A stretch of 64,000 bases of DNA, taken from the NCBI GenBank assembly GCA_963723235.1, contig CAVRPV010000020.1, forward strand, positions 19,250 to 83,249, read 5' to 3'. The stretch is from an uncultured delta proteobacterium (lineage in GTDB: Bacteria > Desulfobacterota > WTBG01 > CAIYCZ01 > CAIRTM01). Shown piece after piece: positions 59,279 to 64,000 of this stretch (positions within the stretch are counted from its first letter, which is position 1; each line of letters starts with the position of its first letter). The position numbers and the translations under genes are program-made. The notes under the pieces were generated by a model. That model searched no databases. It was not told the origin of the DNA and saw nothing but the letters and a program-made list of their open reading frames with translations.

Positions 59279-60139
59279 TTACCTGATGTGTTTCAGCGCA
59301 TCTTCGGAATGAAAGGAACTGCGCACGAACGGAGCTGAAGCAACATACGTGAAGCCCAGCTCAAGCGCGCTGTCCCGGTAGCAATCAAACTGCTCAGGGG
59401 TAACAAATTCTTTAACGGAAAGATTATCCCGGGAGGGGCGCAGGTACTGGCCGATGGTCAAAAAATCACAGTTGATCGCGCGCAAATCGCGCATTACTTC
59501 GAGCACCTGCTCGGGCTTTTCTCCCAGGCCGACCATCAGGCCACACTTGGTGAGCTGTGCCGGATCAATCTGCTTGGCATATTCCAAAACACTCAATGAG
59601 CGTTTATAGTCGGCCTGACGCCGGCAGGTCGAGTACAAATGCGGCACAGTTTCAAGATTATGGGCAAAAATACTGGGTTTTTCCTCGAGCACGATGGCAA
59701 CATTATCCCTGCTGCCCTTCAGGTCGCTTACCAGCACGTCGGTGGTCGCATCAGGCAGCAGGTTCCTGATCTCACGCAACGTCAGGGCAAACTGAGCCGC
59801 TCCGCCGTCTTCGAGATCATCGCGTGTAACGCAGGTGAGCACAACATGCTTCAGGCCCAGATCACGGGATGCCAGGGCCACATTACGCGGTTCATCAGGG
59901 TCAGGCGGCAAAGGATGTCCGCTTTTTACACTGCAAAAAGCGCAGTTGCGCGTACAAATTTCACCAAGCAGCAGGAAGGTTGCCGTACCGCAGGCAAAAC
60001 ACTCTCCCATATTCGGACACGTTGCCCCCTCACATACCGTATGCAGCTTATAGCGCTCAGTAAGGGATTTCATTTTTTCAAGCACGGACCAGTCAACGCC
60101 CTTAACCCTGATCCAGTCAGGTTTTTTTGTCTCTACCAC
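59279..60139 (-). CDS. lipA: Lipoyl synthase
   Basis: CEGATCPNMGEC, CTRNCAFC, HNLETV, GQYLRPS and RSS. Confidence 0.97.
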   Translation of the reverse strand: MVETKKPDWIRVKGVDWSVLEKMKSLTERYKLHTVCEGATCPNMGECFACGTATFLLLGEICTRNCAFCSVKSGHPLPPDPDEPRNVALASRDLGLKHVVLTCVTRDDLEDGGAAQFALTLREIRNLLPDATTDVLVSDLKGSRDNVAIVLEEKPSIFAHNLETVPHLYSTCRRQADYKRSLSVLEYAKQIDPAQLTKCGLMVGLGEKPEQVLEVMRDLRAINCDFLTIGQYLRPSRDNLSVKEFVTPEQFDCYRDSALELGFTYVASAPFVRSSFHSEDALKHIR

Positions 60140-60816
60140 GGCAGGTCCTCCAATGTAATGCGCTGCATTGTCCGGTTAAAAATTTTGCCGTAATGCACGC
60201 TCAATTTGTCTTTCACATCCGCAATATCAATAGGGCGACCAGCAAGCTTCTGCAGCGTAGTAACACCGCGGTCACGGATACCGCAGGCAATAATCATAGT
60301 ATAGTGGCTCATATCCGGATGAATGTTAAAACCAAAACCATGCATCGTGATCCAGCCGCTCTTGACCGCAATACCGATTGCTGCCACCTTCTCCATACCC
60401 ACCCAGACGCCGGGATTAATGGAATCACGACCGGATGCAATGCCGTAGTCGGCAACCGTGTCTATCAAAACCTGTTCAACGTTGCGAATGTATTGATGCA
60501 GATCACGGCCCTGTTTCTTTAAATCCATGATGCTGTATCCCGTAATCTGGCCGGGACCGTGATAGGTGACATCGCCGCCCCGATCTGTTTTGCAGACCTC
60601 GATACCGCGCTCAACAAGCACCTCAGGCGACGCAATGATATTCTTCAGCGTCACATCACGATTAGCGGTAAATACCGGGTTATGCTCGAGCATGATAAAG
60701 GTGTCGGGAATTTCATCCCGCCCGCGTGCGGCAACGCATTTCCTCTGCAGCTCAAAGGCCTCTTCATAGCCCATGCGTTCGATACTAAGCACCCAGGCCG
60801 GTTCATGTATTTGCAT
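60133..60816 (-). CDS. lipB: Lipoyl(octanoyl) transferase
   Basis: LEHNPVFT, DRGGDVTYHGPGQ, KVAAIG, HGFGFN and CGI. Confidence 0.96.
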   Translation of the reverse strand: MQIHEPAWVLSIERMGYEEAFELQRKCVAARGRDEIPDTFIMLEHNPVFTANRDVTLKNIIASPEVLVERGIEVCKTDRGGDVTYHGPGQITGYSIMDLKKQGRDLHQYIRNVEQVLIDTVADYGIASGRDSINPGVWVGMEKVAAIGIAVKSGWITMHGFGFNIHPDMSHYTMIIACGIRDRGVTTLQKLAGRPIDIADVKDKLSVHYGKIFNRTMQRITLEDLPW

Positions 60817-60941
60817 AACATTTTCCGCAAAAAGTTATTAAAAAAACACGAGCTAGTATAGCACAAAGGCCCGGCTTTGTCTAAAGTTGCAACACATGTC
60901 CACAGCTCTCATTACGTCCCGGGGCACTGCGGAGGGCTTTT

Positions 60942-61883
60942 TCAGGGTCTCGTTAGCCAGAAAAGAACAGGAACCACAAACACCAGGCAGGCAACCGTGT
61001 TGACAACAAACAGGGCTGAGGCCAGACGCTCCTCAAGATCAAACAGGAGAGCGGTAATAACGGAATAAATAGCAGCGCTCATGCAGGCCTGAACCAGAAT
61101 AACCTTCTGCATGAGCGGATCAAGCCCGCTGTGTCTAAGCACCAGCCATGCACAGGCCGGTACAATAATGAACTTGATCAGAGCAAGGCAACAATGCGCC
61201 CTCCCGGCAGCGAATATATCGGCACCCCGAAATGTTACTCCCAGGGTAAAATAGTACAATCCGATCGAAACAAACAACAAGGGCGCAATCGGCAGATTAA
61301 TTTCCGGACGTGGAATCTGCAGCATGCTTAAAAGCAGCGCAATACCCAGGGCTGCCAGGGGCAGGTTCTGCGGAGCAAGAAGAATATCACGCCAGCGGCT
61401 GAGCCCGGCATCAGCCCTGTGAGCGGCAAGCCTGGCGGCTGGAAAAATAAACCCGAACACATAGGGCATAAAATACAAAATCAGAAAAATCGCATACCCC
61501 AGCCCGGTTTCACCCAGCAGCATGAAACACAAAAAACCGCCCAGGGTAAAACCATGATTGGACAGCGTACTGCTGATCAGAAACGTCTGCCGGCCACGGC
61601 CGGTAAGGCCGGTCAGCGGTGCCAGAACCACCCCGACTCCAAGGCTGAACAGCGCAAGGGCAAACCCGGCGCACGGCAATACCAGCAGCCTGGCCTGCAC
61701 ATCAAGATCCCAGACGCACCACAAGACGATCAACGGTTCCAGGCCGGCTATATTGATGCGCACCAGTCTGCGCGTTGTTTTCAGGGGGTCGCGAAATCGT
61801 CCGCGCAACAGCAACCCGGCAACAAAAGGACCGATCACGGCGAATTGAATAACAAAAAAAAGGATCAAAGGCGGGGCAGTCAT
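60942..61883 (-). CDS. AEC-family (auxin efflux carrier-like) membrane transporter
   Basis: About 10 TMs with SNHGFTLG, KFIIVP and QACMSAA half-repeats. Confidence 0.75.
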   Translation of the reverse strand: MTAPPLILFFVIQFAVIGPFVAGLLLRGRFRDPLKTTRRLVRINIAGLEPLIVLWCVWDLDVQARLLVLPCAGFALALFSLGVGVVLAPLTGLTGRGRQTFLISSTLSNHGFTLGGFLCFMLLGETGLGYAIFLILYFMPYVFGFIFPAARLAAHRADAGLSRWRDILLAPQNLPLAALGIALLLSMLQIPRPEINLPIAPLLFVSIGLYYFTLGVTFRGADIFAAGRAHCCLALIKFIIVPACAWLVLRHSGLDPLMQKVILVQACMSAAIYSVITALLFDLEERLASALFVVNTVACLVFVVPVLFWLTRP

Positions 61884-61923
61884 GGTATTCCAAAAAAATG
61901 CAGTGTTGTAGCGTACGAGGGAC

Positions 61924-62817
61924 TCAACGTTGTTTGAGTAAAAACTGGTAAAATTCCCTGACAATCGGCGGCAGCGACCGTTTCTTGTGCCGGACAATAT
62001 AAAAACTGCGCTTGATCTGCAGCCCCCTGACCGGCAGGGCCATGATCACATGCATGTTGATTTCATCCTCCACGGAGCGTTGTGAAACAAATGAGAAACC
62101 GAGTCCTGCTTTGACTGCCTGCTTAACGGCTGAATTGCTGCCGAGTTCGGCGATGATGTTCAACCGGGCCGCCTGTATCCCTGCCCTGCTCAAACCCTGC
62201 TCCACCATCATGCGGGTACCGGAGCCGGACTCCCGCATGATAAAGGGGAGCGTTACAAGCTCGGCAACCTCGACACTCTGCCGCCCGGCCCAGGCATGAT
62301 GCGGAGATATGACCAGGCACAGCTCATCGTCCAGAAAACGTGAGCACAGCAGTTGGTCATGCTTGATACGGGCACCGATGACACCGAAATCAATTTCATA
62401 ATTTACCAGTTTATCAACAATACCAATGGTGTCAGCCTGTTGAATCGAAACAGCTATCTCAGGATAGATGATTTTGAACCGGCCCAGGATCTCAGGCAGT
62501 ATGTATTCGCCGGGTATGTTGCTCGCACCGATCACGATCGTACCGGACTTTGTGCCCTTAAAAAAAGCAACTGCCTGCTCGGCATCATCAGCCATGCGCA
62601 GCAAACGCAGTGCGTAGCTGTGCAGAATGCGCCCCGCTCGGGTCGGCCGCACCTCTTTTCCGAGGCGGTCAAACAATACAACGCCCAGATACTTTTCAAG
62701 AAAATTAACATGCTGGCTGACCGTGGGCTGTGTCAGGGACATACGCTGGGCTGCTTTAGAAAAACTCTTGAGCTCAACAATGTTAATGAAGATATTTAAA
62801 CGATGCAGGTCAAGCAT
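61924..62817 (-). CDS. LysR-family regulator (CysL / selenium-associated-like)
   Basis: SFSKAA..LTQPTVSQH..LFDR, IGASNIPGEY, RESGSGTR and VKQAVKAGLG. Confidence 0.93.
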   Translation of the reverse strand: MLDLHRLNIFINIVELKSFSKAAQRMSLTQPTVSQHVNFLEKYLGVVLFDRLGKEVRPTRAGRILHSYALRLLRMADDAEQAVAFFKGTKSGTIVIGASNIPGEYILPEILGRFKIIYPEIAVSIQQADTIGIVDKLVNYEIDFGVIGARIKHDQLLCSRFLDDELCLVISPHHAWAGRQSVEVAELVTLPFIMRESGSGTRMMVEQGLSRAGIQAARLNIIAELGSNSAVKQAVKAGLGFSFVSQRSVEDEINMHVIMALPVRGLQIKRSFYIVRHKKRSLPPIVREFYQFLLKQR

Positions 62818-63023
62818 ATTGATAACTCCGATAGTAATAATAGGTTATTATTATACAATGCTATAGAATTCCCTACGACAAATCAATCTATAATAAATTT
62901 GAAACCCTTTGCTCTCAGCGTTTTTAGGCAGCGTTCTAGGCTGATTTTTATGATTTTAAAAACCTCAGTGCTGTGATACGATATTTTAAAAGCAACAAAC
63001 ACTGACCTGTACGGACGCCTCAC

Positions 63024-63539
63024 GTGGCGCAGCAAAACAAGAAAACCTATGCATATCGCGGCCTTGGTATTGATCCGGGCCTTGCTGCCACGGGGTTTGC
63101 CGTTATCGGCAGCCTGAAACAGCGCGGTGATCTGTGCGACTGGGGCGCCATTACAACCAGGCCCGGCACGCAGCCTGAAGTTCGCCTGTATGAAATCTAT
63201 TGTGCAGTGCGCGAGCTTATCGTGCAGTGGCAACCGGATGTCATAGCGGTTGAAGATGTCTATGTGCTGAGTAAGTATCCGAACGCGGCAATACAGCTGG
63301 GCGAGGTTAAAGGCGCAATCGCCATTGCCGCTGCCGAGGCGCGCATTGAATATCTACAGGTCAAGCCGACTGAAATCAAACGCAGCCTGACCGGCAACGG
63401 CCGGGCCACAAAACAGCAGGTGCACCGCGCAGTGCAGCACAGCCTGGGCCTCACGCATGCCATTAGCCCTGACCACGCCTCAGATGCTGCGGCACTGGCC
63501 CTGATAGCCCTTTCACGAACCGGACGCTACACGTGGTGA
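63024..63539 (+). CDS. ruvC: Crossover-junction endodeoxyribonuclease
   Basis: GIDPG, AVEDVY, PTEIK..GNGRATKQQV and DHASDAAALA. Confidence 0.96.
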   Translation: MAQQNKKTYAYRGLGIDPGLAATGFAVIGSLKQRGDLCDWGAITTRPGTQPEVRLYEIYCAVRELIVQWQPDVIAVEDVYVLSKYPNAAIQLGEVKGAIAIAAAEARIEYLQVKPTEIKRSLTGNGRATKQQVHRAVQHSLGLTHAISPDHASDAAALALIALSRTGRYTW

Positions 63540-63546
63540 GGCATAT

Positions 63547-64000
63547 ATGATTCGCTATCTTTCAGGAACCGTCATCAAGGCTGAAGAGAACAAGATCGTC
63601 CTTTTGACCGGCGGTGTCGGCTACGAAGTGCTGCTGCCGGAAATCGTCCGTCATGCACTCATGCAGGATGATTGCCTGAACAAAACGGTCGAACTGTTTA
63701 TTTCATACCATCAAACCGTACAGCAGCCCAAACCGGTTCTCATCGGATTTACGACCGAACTAGAACTTGAATTTTTCGAGGCCCTGATTAAAGTTAAGGA
63801 TATCGGGCCCACAATGGCATGCAGGGCCCTTACGCTTCCGATCCCTTTGATCGCGCGCGCAATTGAGGACCGCGACACCATGAGCCTTCAGCAGTTAAAA
63901 GGAATCGGCAAACGCAAGGCGGATATGATGGTATCGGAGCTGCAGGGCCGGGTCGGCAAATTCGCCCTGATGCGCGCAGATGATGTGCCGCCCCCTGCCC
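63547..64000 (+). CDS. ruvA: Holliday junction branch migration protein, 3' partial (absent from the ORF track)
   Basis: MIRYLSG..GGVGYEV..LIGF..FEALIKVKDIGPTMA..LKGIGKRKA, downstream of ruvC. Confidence 0.95.
   Translation, partial: MIRYLSGTVIKAEENKIVLLTGGVGYEVLLPEIVRHALMQDDCLNKTVELFISYHQTVQQPKPVLIGFTTELELEFFEALIKVKDIGPTMACRALTLPIPLIARAIEDRDTMSLQQLKGIGKRKADMMVSELQGRVGKFALMRADDVPPPA

Noticed and set aside
600-63463. Well over 200 ORF-track entries overlapping real genes on the opposite strand or in another frame
   Set aside because: They are shadow ORFs of fairly GC-rich coding DNA, with no motifs or RBS, and are fully explained by the recognised gene.
1-64000. CRISPR arrays, tRNA, rRNA, integrases, transposases
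   Set aside because: By eye I saw no regularly spaced repeats, cloverleaf/T-loop patterns or recombinase motifs. tRNAscan-SE and CRISPR finders were not run.

Overview
64 kb of mostly housekeeping chromosome from an anaerobic Desulfobacterota-like (deltaproteobacterial) organism; the taxon is inferred from gene content only. About 60 CDS can be supported. I found no rRNA, tRNA, CRISPR array, integrase or transposase. The sequence carries many single-base indels, including in murA, ispG and pyrD, so most split ORFs are probably consensus errors rather than pseudogenes. Most interesting regions: (1) a self-contained four-gene redox operon at 43473-47186. It combines a PorD-like 2[4Fe-4S] ferredoxin, a PorB homologue that has lost its TPP-binding core, a NuoE carrying a duplicated N-terminal helical domain, and a HydB/NuoF-like flavoprotein with an altered FMN/NADH motif and no C-terminal ferredoxin domain. 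It has no catalytic (PorA, HydA, NuoG, Fdh) subunit. (2) A lipoprotein with one CxxCH heme site fused to a PNPOx-like split barrel (6024-6830), inside a TetR/SDR/DUF1302-DUF1329 island. (3) A UbiU/UbiV-like U32 pair co-oriented with lipB-lipA and a dnaJ paralogue. (4) Two GT2/GT-C glycosylation islands. (5) Candidate small RNAs and small ORFs missed by the ORF track, including a clear 58-aa ferredoxin.
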